Under the pieces are notes generated by a model. That model saw only the letters and a list, made by a program, of their open reading frames with translations, did not search any database and was not told the origin of the DNA. A stretch of 64,000 nucleotides of DNA from NCBI RefSeq assembly GCF_964194155.1, contig NC_135885.1, forward strand, positions 60,884,001 through 60,948,000. The letters are read 5' to 3'. The position numbers were made by a program, and so were the translations under genes. Origin of the DNA: Cetorhinus maximus. Lineage: Eukaryota. Shown here piece by piece: positions 11,553 through 25,089 of this stretch (its first letter is position 1; every line of letters starts with the position of its first letter).

Positions 11553-14500
11553 GTAAATGAAGGGAGTCATGTGACCTATTCTGATGTCTACCTGATAGTA
11601 AGACTGGGTGGCTTGATTATTAGAGATCAAAGGAAGGTTTAGATTATTTTGCTGAGAAGAAGGTGCAAGGTATTTTACGCTTGGAGATAATGACAGCAGT
11701 CTGTGTTTGCGTTGAATAGATGCTGAGTCTCCCAAAGTCCCAGAAAGGTGGTTTTGCTATCGGGTTGAAAACGCTTATGCTGTAAGATGTCCATTTAAGC
11801 CTAAGATGAAAGGGAGCTGGTATCAAGGATAGCTATTTAGCATTTCTACCTGGATGCAAGGGTAATGTGTTTCATCTTACCATGGGGAAGAGGGCAGAGA
11901 AAGCCATTTTTTGAGATTAGATTGCAGGCTTCCATACAAATCAATGAATATCATAGAAAGACAGCAGAGATTCTGTGTGGTCAGCAAAGAAAAAGCTGCT
12001 TGACTTTGTGAGCTACCACAGTCAGATGCGGGAGGAAGATGGTATCTAGTCGAAGAGATGCATCCCGCAGCCACCTAAGGATTCTGGGAGATTTTTCCTG
12101 GCATCGCCAGGGTAAGAAGAATCATTGGAACTGGCTTTACTGCCGGTTGTGGGTTTAAGAAACTTTACAAAAACTGAGTAATGCACCTGGAAACAGTCAC
12201 TCAAAGTTACTACTTGGCAAAGCTGGGGTACAGGAACCCATTGGAAGCTGGGAGAACTGTAAAATTGAAATTCTGTTGAGTGTGTGATGGGTGATAAGCG
12301 TAAAAGGGGAATTTTCCTCTCTGTAGTTTAAAGTATAAGTTATCTACAAAAAGAAAATAGTGTTTAGTGTTTTTTTGTTATTTGTCACAGTAAAAGTTTT
12401 AGAATGTGAAATCTTATCATTCATTCTTTCAGCTAATAACTGAAAATTCGAATCTCCTTTTAAAAGTTAGTGGTCTCTACGGAGATCATAACACCAGGGC
12501 CATTCAGGCAGTGGGATTGTGAATGTGCAGGGCATTTGTGAGCAGACAACGGGGGCTGTTAATCAGCCAACTGACTGCAATTTTGAGGTGCATTTTAAAT
12601 TTTCCCTGGAGCATACTGATTCCACCCAGCGTTAGTGGCTCGCCTGCTAAAAGGAGGCGAGAGCTCAGTGGCAGGTGAGTGCTGGCTGGAGTTGACATCC
12701 AATTGAGTTCAGCTGCATTGTGAAACAGGCAGGCTAAAGTTCATTCAACCAAGGATTGAAAAGTTGGAGGGATTGTACAGTGAGAGCCCATATCAAGGGC
12801 TGCTTATTGGAAGAGTGCCTCCAAGGTCCACTTCTTATAGTGCACAAGAGGATTGAGATGCTTTGACCCTTAAGGGCTCCAGTTCTCAATGGGTGGCATT
12901 CACTCTGAATTTTCTACCCCAGTGAGAGGGAGAGAGCAGCTTCAATTACATGGAGTGAGGCTGCAAAAGCCAGAGGAGTACTAGCCTCATGAGGTGGTTA
13001 GGGTCTGCAATCAAGGAGGGTGCATAGGGCCTAGAATGCAGACTCATGCTGGCAGAAGACACTACCCAGCAGAAAGGGTTGACATATAGAGGCTATGCTT
13101 CATGGAGATGTTGGAGCTCCAGTACCTTCAAAATCTGCCTCTGTCCAGGCAAGTGGTAGCAGACCTGTCTGGGAATGTTGGATGCAGTGTTGAGGTCAAT
13201 GGGGTGTAGTGGCCACTCTGCCTGCAGTGGTGAAGGTGACTGTGGCATTCAGCTTTTATGCCTCAGGATCATTCCAGTGATCTTCTGGAGACATCTGTGG
13301 GATCTCCCAGTAGTGACCCATTGCTGCATCAAGCAGGTAAAGGATGCCATGTACCAGAGGGAAGGGCAATACATCAAGTGTCAGACAAATCAAGCCAGCC
13401 AACTGCAGGAGTGATGGGTTCAAGGCCAACACTGGATTACTCCAGACGGAAGGGGGAATTGACTGCATCTATGTGGCCACCAAGAGTAATTAAGAACTTT
13501 GTCAAAAGGAAAGGTCCCACTCTCTGAATGTTCAGTTAGCAAAAGTATCCTGCAGGTGTATGCAGGGTTCCTGGGAACAACTCATCCATCATGAGATAGT
13601 CCCAGCTGCCTCAGCTTCGTGGATGGATATTGGATGACGAGGGCTATGCTATAAAGACATGGTATTTTACACCTGTGTAGAATCCTAACACAGGCTGAAG
13701 ACACAGCTGCCATGTGGCTACAAGGGCCACAATTTAACAGACCATTGATCTGGTGAAAATGAGGTTCAGATACCGGGATAGGTCTGGAGGAACCCTGCGA
13801 TATGTCCCATCGAGGGTTTCACATATCATTGTGGTATGCTGTGCTCTGCACAAACTGGTGCTCTAGAAGGGAATAACATTGGAAGAGGGTAATCTCATTG
13901 AACACAGCACCTCCTCTTCTTGGGAGGGGGAACAGTTGGACATGGGTCAAAACCATGTAGCCAATAGGAATACAACCATGAATTTGATGTCAACAGCATT
14001 GACGTGCATACCAGGGAACATATGCACTTCACTGATAAGTGCACATTTCTCCAGACACTGGAGATGATTCAGATATCTCCCTGAGGTAACTTTGGTGGTC
14101 TTTCATTAAATCCCCTAACCATTTTAGTGACCCTGTCATTACATAATTCACCATCGCCCTCATTCTGAGCATTTCTTTTCATGCTCTCCTTGTCAAGTGT
14201 TCATCAGCTGGAAAGGTCCACTGTGCAGAAACGAGCAAACTAGACTTTATATTATGTAAATGACCTTTAAATTGACAGGTATATCTATGGCTTTGACATT
14301 CAACAAGAAACTACCACCCAGTGAGACCCCAAGAACAGGTGGGTAGATTTATGCAAACCTTTGTGTGTCTCTACACTATAATCTCCTGGCACTTGCAGTT
14401 GATTTGGAGACAGGCTGTTGTCTTTTCTGCTCTGGTGCAGGAGATGAATGATTTTGGATGGTCATTGGGTGCCTGTGCCCGAGAGCGCCCCTGCACATGG

Positions 14501-17214
14501 GGGACCATCTTCATCTGTTCAGGAGCTGCCACTGTCACGTGGCTTCATGGAGTTTTTGTGTCACCATCTAAGGGGCCAAGGGTTCACTATCAATACAAAG
14601 AGCCACCATGGGCTTCAAGCAGTCTCTCCTCCATACCTTTGAGGCCCATCTGACCTATCCTGTGCACTTGAACTGTTTGAGCAACTGGCAATGGGGCTCA
14701 GTGTCTCAGGCCCATTTCACCCACTCATTGCTTAATACAGCTCTGGATAAGTTAATAGTACGCAGGTCAGCACACACCTGTGTCCACTGGGTAGTTTGCT
14801 GCACATGGCTCTTCATGAGAGTTGCCACTATCTCAATGCCATGTGCTCAGAGACTCCTCCATTTTATGTGCATGGGAGTGAACAGCCTCAAAACTCTGAC
14901 CGATATCCACACATTTCATGCTGCTGTTCCAGCATCCGCCACTTTGCTAGTGACTCCCGAGACTCGGCATCGACATGAAGCTGAGCATCGCTGGACCCTC
15001 CTCAGTCCTCCAATGGGGAGTGGCCACAGCTGTCACTGCCTCCGTTAGCTGCCCTTGCGCATCTATGCTGTGCTCGCCATACTTTCTAATGGCACATCAA
15101 AGCCCACTGACGTGAAAGTATCTGTACTAGTGGAGGGTATGCTGGACTGATGTGAAACTGTCTCCTCAGACAGGGGATTCTCCTCTGAGGTCTTGTGATT
15201 TTTGAGAAATTACTGGTTCCCTTATCCGCTACCGGACCTGCGGAAGACACAAGTCATGTTAGGGTGCTGTGCTTCCAACTAACCCCAGCTGGCTGTCCTT
15301 GATCAGGTCTTTGAACTGGAGTTCCTTGCGTTCAAGGCCCGCATGTGCACCATAGTTAGTGCTCGTCAGAAGATGCCAGCATCCATCATGCTGCTTATTC
15401 TCTATGGAGTTCACGCCTGCCTTGCCCTCACTGATAGGGTGCCCTTCAGTAACCCATCTTAGTTCCATTGCTTCCTCCTCCATTAAATTCAATGCTATGA
15501 ATTGCACACCTTCTCCAGTTTTTCTCCATCCTTTGCATTGTGAGTATGCCTCTCCTGCAAACATAGTGTCACTCTTGTTTCAATGTATATCTTAGCCCAG
15601 CTGCACTCATCAGCCTATCACTTTCCATTCCAGCATTGTGCCACATGGAGGCTGACTGCAAGTGCCTATTCAGTATTGTCAATGTGGTGATTAACTCTGA
15701 CTGACCACAGACCTCTGGTGTTTGTCAACTCCGCATCTAACTGTGGGCACTGGCCCCTGGTTATGCCTAATGAATGGGTTGGCCATCTTGTCTCATGTGT
15801 CATAGGTGCCATTTATGCCATGCAGGGCTGTGAATTTATAATTATAAATACCACTCATCTTGCCAGACTGTACAAAGTCATTGAAATGCCTCCGGCACTG
15901 CACCCATGTTTCTGCAACCGTCCCGTGGCTGCTGACTTTCTCAGCAACCTCAAGGTATGCCTTCTTCACGAGACTTACTAGCCTCCTCCTCCCGTTCACT
16001 GGGAAGAGCACCTGTCTGTGTTCTTGCCACCAGCAGGAGCACCTTCAGGGAGACATCACTGAACCTTGGAGCCACCCTTCCTCTGACTCCAGCCATTCCT
16101 TCTCAGCCTCCCTTGTTCAAATTCCCTTCCAATGCCCTCCGTGTGCCACCTGGATGAAGGCTGCTGACTAAATATGGTGCCTTCCTTCTCTCCTGCCCGC
16201 CACCTGATATTAGCTGGCTCTCCCACATGATGGATGTTAATTAGCTGCAGACAGGGAAAATCCTGGAGGATGTCCTGGTACTCGGCCATGCGGCTGCAGG
16301 ACCTGAATTTAGTCCTGGTTTCGGGACTTCCTCTCATTTGGGAAAATCTTGGCCAATGGGTTTTGAGTTTTAAAGCCAGTATTTGAAGCAATGTAACCTT
16401 TTAAAATGTCACTTTTGCATTTTTCTTTACACTTCTAAGAATAACTTAGAAAAAGATTAGTAAACTTACTTCTGACATGAAAGTGTTTTCATTCAATTAA
16501 TTTGCAGGTGGTGTCTGACCACAGAAACATCCTAATGCAAGTCTGTTTGTTATTCTGGCAACACCCATGATGTCTTCATTATAAGGCAGCCAACAATGTC
16601 AGCATTACATAAAGACTCATAGATGGCCACTGGAAGACAAGCCAATATTAGTTTCCTAATATTTGAAACTCTGCTAACTGCCATCACACCGTGAAACTCC
16701 TGAACAGCAACGAAATGTAACTGCATTGAAGTGCATGCCTCAACTAGAAATTGTAGGGCATTCATTATTGCTGAAGCAAAGAGTTTACTATTTAGAAAAG
16801 TCAGGACTGGACATCTCTGTCTCTGTGCAAAACTGGCCCACATAAACATCACCTGCTGCATGTTGCACAGCTTTGCAAACCAAAGAGGTGCCAGCATGAA
16901 ACAGGAGGAACTGGTTTAGGGTACAGAAGTAGTAGAGGAAGATTACAGCTTGGAAGATTAGTACACAGGAGTTGCTTGCTGTTTCTGTAATTTCCAGATG
17001 CTTTCACAAATATTGTAAATGAATGAAGCAGTATAAAGTGCATCCAAACAATAAGCTGTGCATTTCTGTATACTCTAGTTTAACAAGCATTTTACACCAT
17101 CTTACCAACCGACAGAAGCATAAAGATAAACAAAGTGCTCAAAAATTATCAGCTGAAATTTATATAAAAATATGTTTCTACTGTCTACCATTGTGCTTTG
17201 TTGGAAATGTGATT

Positions 17215-19851
17215 TGTTATGATCCTTGGCCAGGTGTGGACGTGGAGGGAAATCAATAACACTTTGTTTAAAGTAGATAAAGTTTGAGAGTCAAGACGCT
17301 TACTAAGTAAATAAAGCCACAAGATTCCATGGGTTTGGAACAAACAAAAATAAACTTTCCAAGTTCAGAAAGATGAAACAATTTACAATATTTATCTTAT
17401 ACTCTAACATACAGGGTAAGTATGAGGTACATGTGAATTAACAGGCGAACAGTGGTTAGACACACCACACTACACGATAGCTGACACATGCGACCAAAAT
17501 AGATAGCATGGATTTCCCAATAAACCATTCAGACGTTTGTCACATTGTGAGCCAACGAATCTGAGTGAAACTTCGTCTTTCTCACAAGGGTTTCCAATCT
17601 CCACATTTGAAGATCTTGCCTTGGAATTTTCTTCAAAAGTCGCTCCCACTCGGACATCTTCAGCAATGACCCACCTCGCCTGGCTTCAATCTTACCTTCT
17701 GAGATTGTTTTCTCCTGGATCTCCGAGTACAATGAAGCTTCACTTTCCATAAACAATCTCAGATCTTCAGTGGTGCCAAGCAGAACACCACTGTTTCTTC
17801 ACCCTAAAGGCCCACAGCATGGAGTCACCAACCTTTGGCTGCCTTTTCTGATCTTCAGGGCTCCTTTCGTGCCCATTTTGCTCAAAGCCTGCTCCCTGCA
17901 GCTTGCTCTTGAATTTGAAGCCTATTACTCTGCTCGTTTCTTATAACTTTACTTAACGGGACCTACTCCCGTCCCCTGTCATCACCCCTTACCTGGGAAA
18001 TACATACGAACATATGAATCAAGAGCAGGAGTAGGCCACTCAGCCCCTCGAACCTGCTCTACCATTTAATAAGATCATGGCTGATCTGATTGTAACCTCA
18101 ACCCCACATTCCTGCCTACCCCTGATAACCTTTCACTCCCTTGTTAATCAAGAATCCATCTAGCTCTGCCTTAAAAATATTTGAAGACTCTGCTTCCACC
18201 ACGCTTTGAGGAAGAAAGTTTCAAAGACTCACGACCCTCTGAGAGAAAATATTTCTCCTCATCTCTGACTTAAATAAGCAACCCCTTATTTTTAAACATT
18301 GACTCTTAGTTCTAGATTCTCCCACAAGAGGAAACATCCTCTCCACATCCACCCTGTAAGACCCCTCAGGATGTTTAAATGTTTTGATCAAGTTGCCCCT
18401 TACTCTTTTAAACTCCAGTGGATATGAGCTTAACCTGTCCAACCTTTCCTCATAAGACAACCCACTTGTTCCTGATGTTAGTCTAGTAAACCTTTTCTGA
18501 ACTGGTAACACATTTACATCTTTCCTTAAATAAGGAGACCAATACTGTTCACGCTACTCCACATGTGGTCTCACCAGTGACCTATACAACTGAAGCATAA
18601 CCTCCCTACTTTTGTAATCAATTCCTCTCACAATAAACAATAACATTCTCTTAGCTTTCCTAATTACCTGCTGTACCTGCATACTAGCCTTTTGTGACTC
18701 TTGTACTAGGATTCCCAGATCCCTCTGAATTTCAGAGCCCTGCAATCTCTCACCATTTAGATAATAAGTTTCTTTTTAATCTTCCTGCCAAAATGGACAA
18801 TTTCATATTTGCCCACATTATACTCCATTTGCCAGATCTTTGCCCACTCACTTAACTAATCTATGTCCCTTTGTAACTTCCTTATGTCCTCTTCACAATT
18901 TACTTTCTGACCTATCTTTGTGGCATTAGCAAATTTAGCAACCATACCTTTGGTCCCTTTGTCCAAGCCATCTATATAAATTGTAAAAAGTTGAGGCCCC
19001 ATCACTGATCCCTGTGGCACACCACTCGTCACATCCTGCCAACCTGAAAAAGATGCATTTGTGCCAATTCTCTGCTTCCTGTTAGCTAGCCAATCTTCTA
19101 TTCATGCCAATACGTTCCCCGTTACACCATGAGCTTTTATTTTCCACAATAACCTTTGATGCAGCACCTTATCAAATGCCTTCTGGAAATCTAAGTACAG
19201 TACACCCACCAGTTCCCCTTTATCCGCAGCACATGTGTTTCCTTCAAAGAACTCTAATAAATTAGTTAAACATGGTTTCCTTTTTACAAAACCATGTTGA
19301 CTCTGCCTGGTAGTCTTAAATTTTTCTAAGTGCCCTGCTATAACATCTTTAATAATAGCTTCTAATATTTTCTCTATGACAGATGTTAAGCTAACTGGCC
19401 TGTAGTTTTCTGCTTTCTGTATCCCTTTTCGAATAAAGGAGTTATATTAGCTATTTTCCAATCTAATAGAACCTTCCCTGAATCTAGGGAATTTTGGAAA
19501 ATTAAAAGCAATGCATCAACTATCTCACTCCACTTCTTTCAGGACCTTACCTGGGACTACTTTTTGGGACTTCTCACTGTGCCCTTCCCTGGTTGGGGCC
19601 TTCTCCCTGCCCACCTCCCATATCCTGCTCCCTGGGACACGCTGACTACAATGGCGATCCCTATCAGTTGTTCTGACCTTCTTCACGCCATTTTCTCTTT
19701 TCCCTTCTGCACAGGCACGCGGGGCCGGTCAGCGACCGTTTTTTCGAACTGCGCATGTGCGGCCATTTCCCCGCCAGTGCAGGCACGAGGCCTGAGGTTC
19801 ATTGGAAACCGGAGTTTCCGACCCCCGAAGGGAAGTATAGGTCTCTTAACA
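17215..19851 (-). mobile_element. LTR-like element split by CR1
   Basis: TGTTA...TAACA termini, non-coding, and the sequence resumes across the CR1 TSD. I could not find a TSD for the element itself. Confidence 0.5.
17999..19544 (-). mobile_element. 5'-truncated CR1 LINE
   Basis: RDLGILV, YRSLVRPHVE, SYEERLDRL. 12-bp TSD ccttacctggga at 17987-17998 and 19545-19556. Confidence 0.93.
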
Positions 19852-21189
19852 TTGCCCTGAGAGAAAGCAACTTCATTGTTTCTCTCTTCCATGTCTCAGG
19901 TTCTGGACACGTCTACAGCAGCTGTTTACCTGAGGTGGGTGAATCCTACTGTCAGATCTTTCTCAAACCAATTGATCAAGTCAGTCTGTAAGTGAGAGCC
20001 CAAGGTCTCCGGTAGTGAGTCATAATATTTGTCCGTTGTTGCCGTTGCTTGCGAAGTAGTCACCATCTTGTCAAGTAATGGAATCACGCACTGTGCAATT
20101 CCTTCACATATTGGGATGAATTCCCCCACTTTAGTATTTTTCTGTACCATTTTCAGGTTGCAAACCCGATCACTGCAGTATGGGGACTGCCGGTACAAGC
20201 TTCTGGGATCGCTGACCAATTCGGGACAACAGCTGGATTGAGGGGGAGGGAGGATAATTCAGCGTGCACCGTTGCTAAGGTGCCCGTCAACCTTCAGTGT
20301 GTCTGCAGTGAGAGTGTTGAATGGGATGATAAGGGGCCGAAACAGTTGGAGGAAACATCCGTGACATCAGTCTCCAGGTGATAATCATGCCTTTACCTGT
20401 GGATGGCCTCAGCCTTGCCGATTTGCACTGTTAACATGCAGATTGCATATTATTCTCATGGTGTTCCAAACCTTCGCTATGCAGTCATCTCCTGTGAGTT
20501 GATAAGCTGTAAACACAGCTGGGGTCCCATGCACCACTAGTATCAATTCCACTTCCCTCACAAAATATCTTCTAATTGCATCATTAACAACCTCAATTGA
20601 TTTCCCGCTGCTGCCGGGTGGGCTGCTGTTGATGCACAGAAGTCGCCCCTGGGAAAGCAGAAGGAGGTGGGAGCACGTCGGCATATCTGTCCAAAGTCTT
20701 TTCTCATTTTCCTGCATATCACTAACACCCCTTGAAGGCTGTTTGGCACTGCACCAAAGAATGTCATAATGAGTTTGTGATCGTCCATGTACTGTCTTCT
20801 GAAGTAGCTGTTGGTGGTTGTCTGTTGGTAGGATATTAATTGGCAGTTGTTTGCTGTCCTTCAGTTGCCAGTTCCACTTGCTGCTCCTTACTTGTGATCA
20901 GTGTTGCAAGCTACTAAATCCGCCTTAAACTCTCTCTTTAGATTCCATGGGGTCCGTGGACCTGTGATGGTGCTTACAGCAACTGGTGTGTTTGTATGGT
21001 GCAACATGATGTGAAGCGTTTTGTTCCTGGTGCCCCAGCTGATTCAATCTAATTTTTGGAAAAGCCAAGAAGAGAAAAAAAAGTGTATTTGGATTTGGGA
21101 TGTAATACATGTAAATACCAAGGTAATGTGCACTGTGCTGCTGTTGTGCTGTGTTTACCTCCATGTCACTAAGTGAGAGAGCAAAGGTT

Positions 21190-21512
21190 ACAATTTTATT
21201 TTATTTGTTCACGGGACGAGGGTGTCACTGGTGAAGCCAGCATTTATTGCCCATCCTTAATTGTCCTTGAGAAGATGGTGATCAGTCGTCTCCTGGAAAT
21301 GCCGCAGGCTGTATGGTGTAGGTGCACCCACATTGCTGTTAGAATGGGAGTTCCAGGATTTTGACCCAGTGATGAAGAAGGAACAGTGATATATTTTCAA
21401 GTCAGGAGGGTGTGTGGGTTGGAGGGGAACTTGCAGGTGATGGCATTCCCATGTGTCTGTTGCCTTGTTCTTCTAAGCAGTATAGATCCTGGGTTTGTAA
21501 GGCACTGCCAAA
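21190..21512 (-). repeat. Family-2 LINE 3' fragment
   Basis: Reverse complement of the 43400-43720 tail (ccagcatttattgcccatcc). Confidence 0.85.
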
Positions 21513-22109
21513 GAATAATGAATGCAAGTAAAGGCTACTTGTTGGAAAGATGTATTCTCCCTCCAAACATATCTTCCCTCATTCCTTCACTGATTTAACA
21601 TTAAATATGTTTATGGTCACCTCCTAAAATTGGATCAGTTGCAGTGATCCACTACCTCCATACATTCACTCATGGTGGTCATGAGCAGCCTTTTCCAGAA
21701 AGTGCACTCAAGCCATCCAGTTGTTGGAAATTGAGAGTCACCCAGATAATCATTCCTGTGAGAACCACATATCCCTCCCGGTGCAAATGAAATCTAAGCA
21801 GTATATGTGTGGCATCTATTGGTAATGTAGGTTTGGAGCACACTTTTTCACGTTTCTTTGTCACAGCTTAAAAATATTGCACTTTGCATTTTCTGCAATT
21901 GTATAGAAAAGGAGAAAACTTGTTTAGATACTTTGCAAGGCACCCACTGAGGCACTGTGAATCACAAATTTGTTTTTTGCCTAGATGTTAATTAAAGTAT
22001 ATCTACTCACATATTTTGACATTCTTGATGAACTTTATCTGGGTGAACTATATCCAGGTTTCATGATTTTTAACACTCCATGAATCCCTTTCCCTACCCC
22101 CAACCAGGC

Positions 22110-23465
22110 AGCTAGCTAGCTATGCTTTTATTGGAAGGTAGCCCCCTGCTCCAAAGAATGTCATCCTCCTTTGCCTACCCTGCAAGGGTATATCCAATGC
22201 TGCCTGAACGGCAGCAATTTCCACAAATGCAAAATTTGGATACATAACATCTGTTTTTTGGACACTACGAGTGATGCTGGAGGTCCAAAACGACATCTGC
22301 AGCATATGCGCAGACTTACGGTGCAAGTGGCACTAGATGTCATGTTGTTGGGGCTGGTGTGCGCAGTGAGTATCTGCCTAAAGTATGTAGAGTAGGCCTA
22401 TAATGCTAATTTGATGCCTGGACAGACATTTTGAAGCTCTATGCTCCAGCCATCTCTTAATCACACAAAGCTGCATGCTTACACTATCTGCAGATTCTAA
22501 CTCTGAAGAGATTGTGGGATGAGGGGGAAATGGAATGTGAGAAGGACGATTAGGCATTTTCAATGCTCTCATACCTGCCACTGGCCACAACAATGGCTAC
22601 TCTAATGATGGTGAACACTGTCTCCTCCATTGGGATGAGGGCATGCAGTCGCACCTGTCACCCACCAGTTAGGTATTTTTGCCTGTGGGTTATACATTAT
22701 CTTGTCCTGAAAGGGATGTGTCTCAGTGAGTATAGTGCAATATGATTGGGTGATATGGCCGTCATAGTTGAATAGCTGGCTGTGTGTGCAAGTTGTGAGG
22801 CATGGTTGTGAGGCTTGCAGAAATGCTAAGTTTGTGAGATGAAGCAATGAATGTTTGTTGTGAATCCTGATTGATAGAGATAGTTGGTAGGTGAATGTTG
22901 GGGGTGTGGTACATGTGGTGCGAATGGTAGGATAAGACATTGACCACTCATGTTGAGGCCAATGAACTTTTTGCAGTGCTGCATTCAGGTCCTTGGGGCT
23001 TGATTCCTGGCATTGACCACTGCAGTTTTTTGGTCCTAATGCCTTCTGAGGGATTGTTTGGAGGGCCTCCTCGTTCACTGTGGATAGAATTTCTCTGCTC
23101 TCTACCTCCTTGACCCGCCGTTAGTGCAGCATTATTAAATCTTGGAGCCCGCCCTCTGCCAATGTTACAACATCTTCCATGTCAGAATGAGTTCCATTAT
23201 GACTTCTAGCACCTGCTCTAGCCACAAAGCACCTCCCTTTTAAGCAGGGGCTTTAAGTAGTGCAGCTTTAACTAGTGATGGCCTCTCGCCGTTTTGGGCC
23301 TTCCACTGAGGCATGCATCCACTCGACATTGTGGCACCCTGCAATTATATTAATTAGCAGGCAGCAGGGAGTTGGCATGCTACCTGCATCGAAAGCAACA
23401 GGCACAGGTTAACCCTGCAGGATGATTCCTACACCCATTTTTGGGGTCTATCGGATGTAGCCTCC
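22110..23465 (-). mobile_element. Decayed Harbinger fragment (Myb/SANT side)
   Basis: Minus strand near 23060-23180 reads RAPRFNNAAL ... KEVESREILS across frames, like the APRFNDASLE and APHFSDECLD starts of the other copies. Boundaries approximate. Confidence 0.55.
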
Positions 23466-23904
23466 ATTATCCATTGGCTCCATTACATTCACCTTTCAGG
23501 GTGAGCAGCAGATTTTTAGAGCCACTGCCCCACTTTTAGAAGAGCTGGGAGCCTATTACAATCTGTGGGGCCAGATTCACCACTTGTAGTGAGGTCAGTC
23601 CTGAAGAATCCCATTGCAATTTTGGGACTTAAATGTAAGCATTGACCCTGGAACAAAATTGCTTTAAACACCTTTTTTTCGAGATAGATAAATAATAATG
23701 AGTCTGTTTGAAATAACCTTTGATACAATCAAGTTCCCATAATTATCAGGGTTTTATTCCTTCACTATTTCAGGGAGTTTCTGAATGTTTTGTAATGGAC
23801 AGAACTTCTAAATGTCCATTAACTACCAACGGGCAGATTCAACCACTGAGTTTCCATACGTTTGGAGTTTCCATTCTTCCAGTAGCACTGGGACCTACTG
23901 TGTC

Positions 23905-24300
23905 TGGGGAGATGGTGATGTGGTGGTAATGTCACTAGGCTAGTAATCCAGAGGCCCAGGCTAATGCTCTGGGGACATGGGTTCAAATCCCACCATGGCA
24001 GCAGGTGGAATTTAAATTCAATTAATAAATTTGGAATAAAAAGCTAGTCTCAGTAATGGTGGCTATGAAACTATCATCGATTGTTGTAAAAACCTATCTG
24101 GTTCACTAATGCCCTTTAGGGAAGGAAATCTGCGGTCCTTACCTGGTCTGGCCTACATGTGACCCCAGACCCATAAAGATGTAGTTGACTCTTAGCTGCC
24201 CTATGAAATGGCCTAGCAAGCTGCTCAGTTTTCTGACGATAAGGGATGGGCAACAAATGCTGGCCTTGACAGTGATCCCATGAAAGAATAAAGACAAAAA
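23905..24300 (+). mobile_element. tRNA-derived SINE with family-2 LINE tail
   Basis: A-box-like tggtgatgtggtgg and B-box ggttcaaatcc. The 3' end agggatgggcaacaaatgctggcc is shared with the LINE end at 43654-43710. Confidence 0.85.
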
Positions 24301-24687
24301 ATATGGAGGCAGACATTTAAGAAAGACTTTCATTTATTATAGCACTTTTCATGACTACCAGACATCTCAAAGCACGTTACAGCCAATGAAATGCTTTTGA
24401 AATGCAGTCATTGTTGTCATGTAGGAAGCACAGCAGCCAATATGTATACAGCAAATTCCTACAAACAACAAAGTGACAACGACCAGATACTCTGTTTTTG
24501 TAATGTTGACTAAGGAACAAATATTGGCCAGGGCAGCAGGGATAACTCCCCTGCTGTTCTTGAAAATAGTGCCATGGGATCCTTCAAAGCCACCTGAACA
24601 GGCAAATGGCACCTCAGTTTAACAAAACAAAAACAGAATTACCTGGAAAAACTCAACAGGTCTGGCAGCATCAGCGGAGAAGACAAG

Positions 24688-24726
24688 AGTAGACGTTTCG
24701 AGTCCTCATGACCCTTCAACAGAACT
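24688..24726 (-). ncRNA. Minimal type I hammerhead ribozyme motif (CUGUUGA variant)
   Basis: agtt CTGTTGA a gggtc atgag gactc GAAA cGTC tact. Confidence 0.65.
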
Positions 24727-25089
24727 AAGTAAAAATAGGAGAGGGGTGAAATATAAGCTAGTTTAAGGTGGGGGGGAGAGAAGTTGGGGGGTGGGGGGTG
24801 GTTGTAGGGACAAGCAAGCAGTGATAAGAGCAGAGAATCAAAAGATGTCACAGATAAAGGAACAAAGAGGTGTTGATATTATCTAAGAGAATGTGCTAAT
24901 TAAGAATGGATGGCAGGACACTCAAGGCACAGCTCTAGTGGGGGTGGGGTGGAAAGACTGACAAGGCGTTACAGGTATAAATTTAAAAATAATGGAAATA
25001 GGTGGGAAAAGAAAAATCTATACAAATTATTGGAAAAAACAAAAGGGAGGGGGAAGAAACGGAAAGGGGGTGGGGATGGACGAGGAAGT

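Larger units (their letters stand above)
10131..12493 (+). mobile_element. Solo LTR of the Gmr1-like family, split by CR1
   Basis: Starts TGTTA and ends ATAACA. Both halves (aatttagggtgaa | aaatgaagggagtcatgtgacc) and the 3' end resemble the reverse complement of the LTRs at 28082-28585 and 31722-37546. Flanks ccaa/ccag. Confidence 0.75.
10011..16355 (+). mobile_element. Decayed PIF/Harbinger transposon hosting nested insertions
   Basis: Plus-strand transposase remnants at about 12950-14060 (VKVTVAFSFYASGSFQ, FVKRKG, GWILDDEGY). Minus-strand Myb/SANT remnant at 15793-16100 (KKAYLEVAEKVSS ... WVQCRRHFND). TIR-like right end gggaaaatcttggcc; left boundary approximate. Confidence 0.75.

Noticed and set aside
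10920-11735. 271-aa ORF as a gene
   Set aside because: Chimeric frame running from LTR through CR1 RT into the Penelope hairpin.
20440-20620. GSSGKS (P-loop-like) and TGDDC (RdRp motif C-like) suggesting an endogenous virus
   Set aside because: No Walker B, and the SGxxxTxxxN spacing and Thr of RdRp motif B are absent; likely coincidental.
23905-24000. tRNA gene
   Set aside because: A/B boxes belong to a SINE head; no complete cloverleaf.
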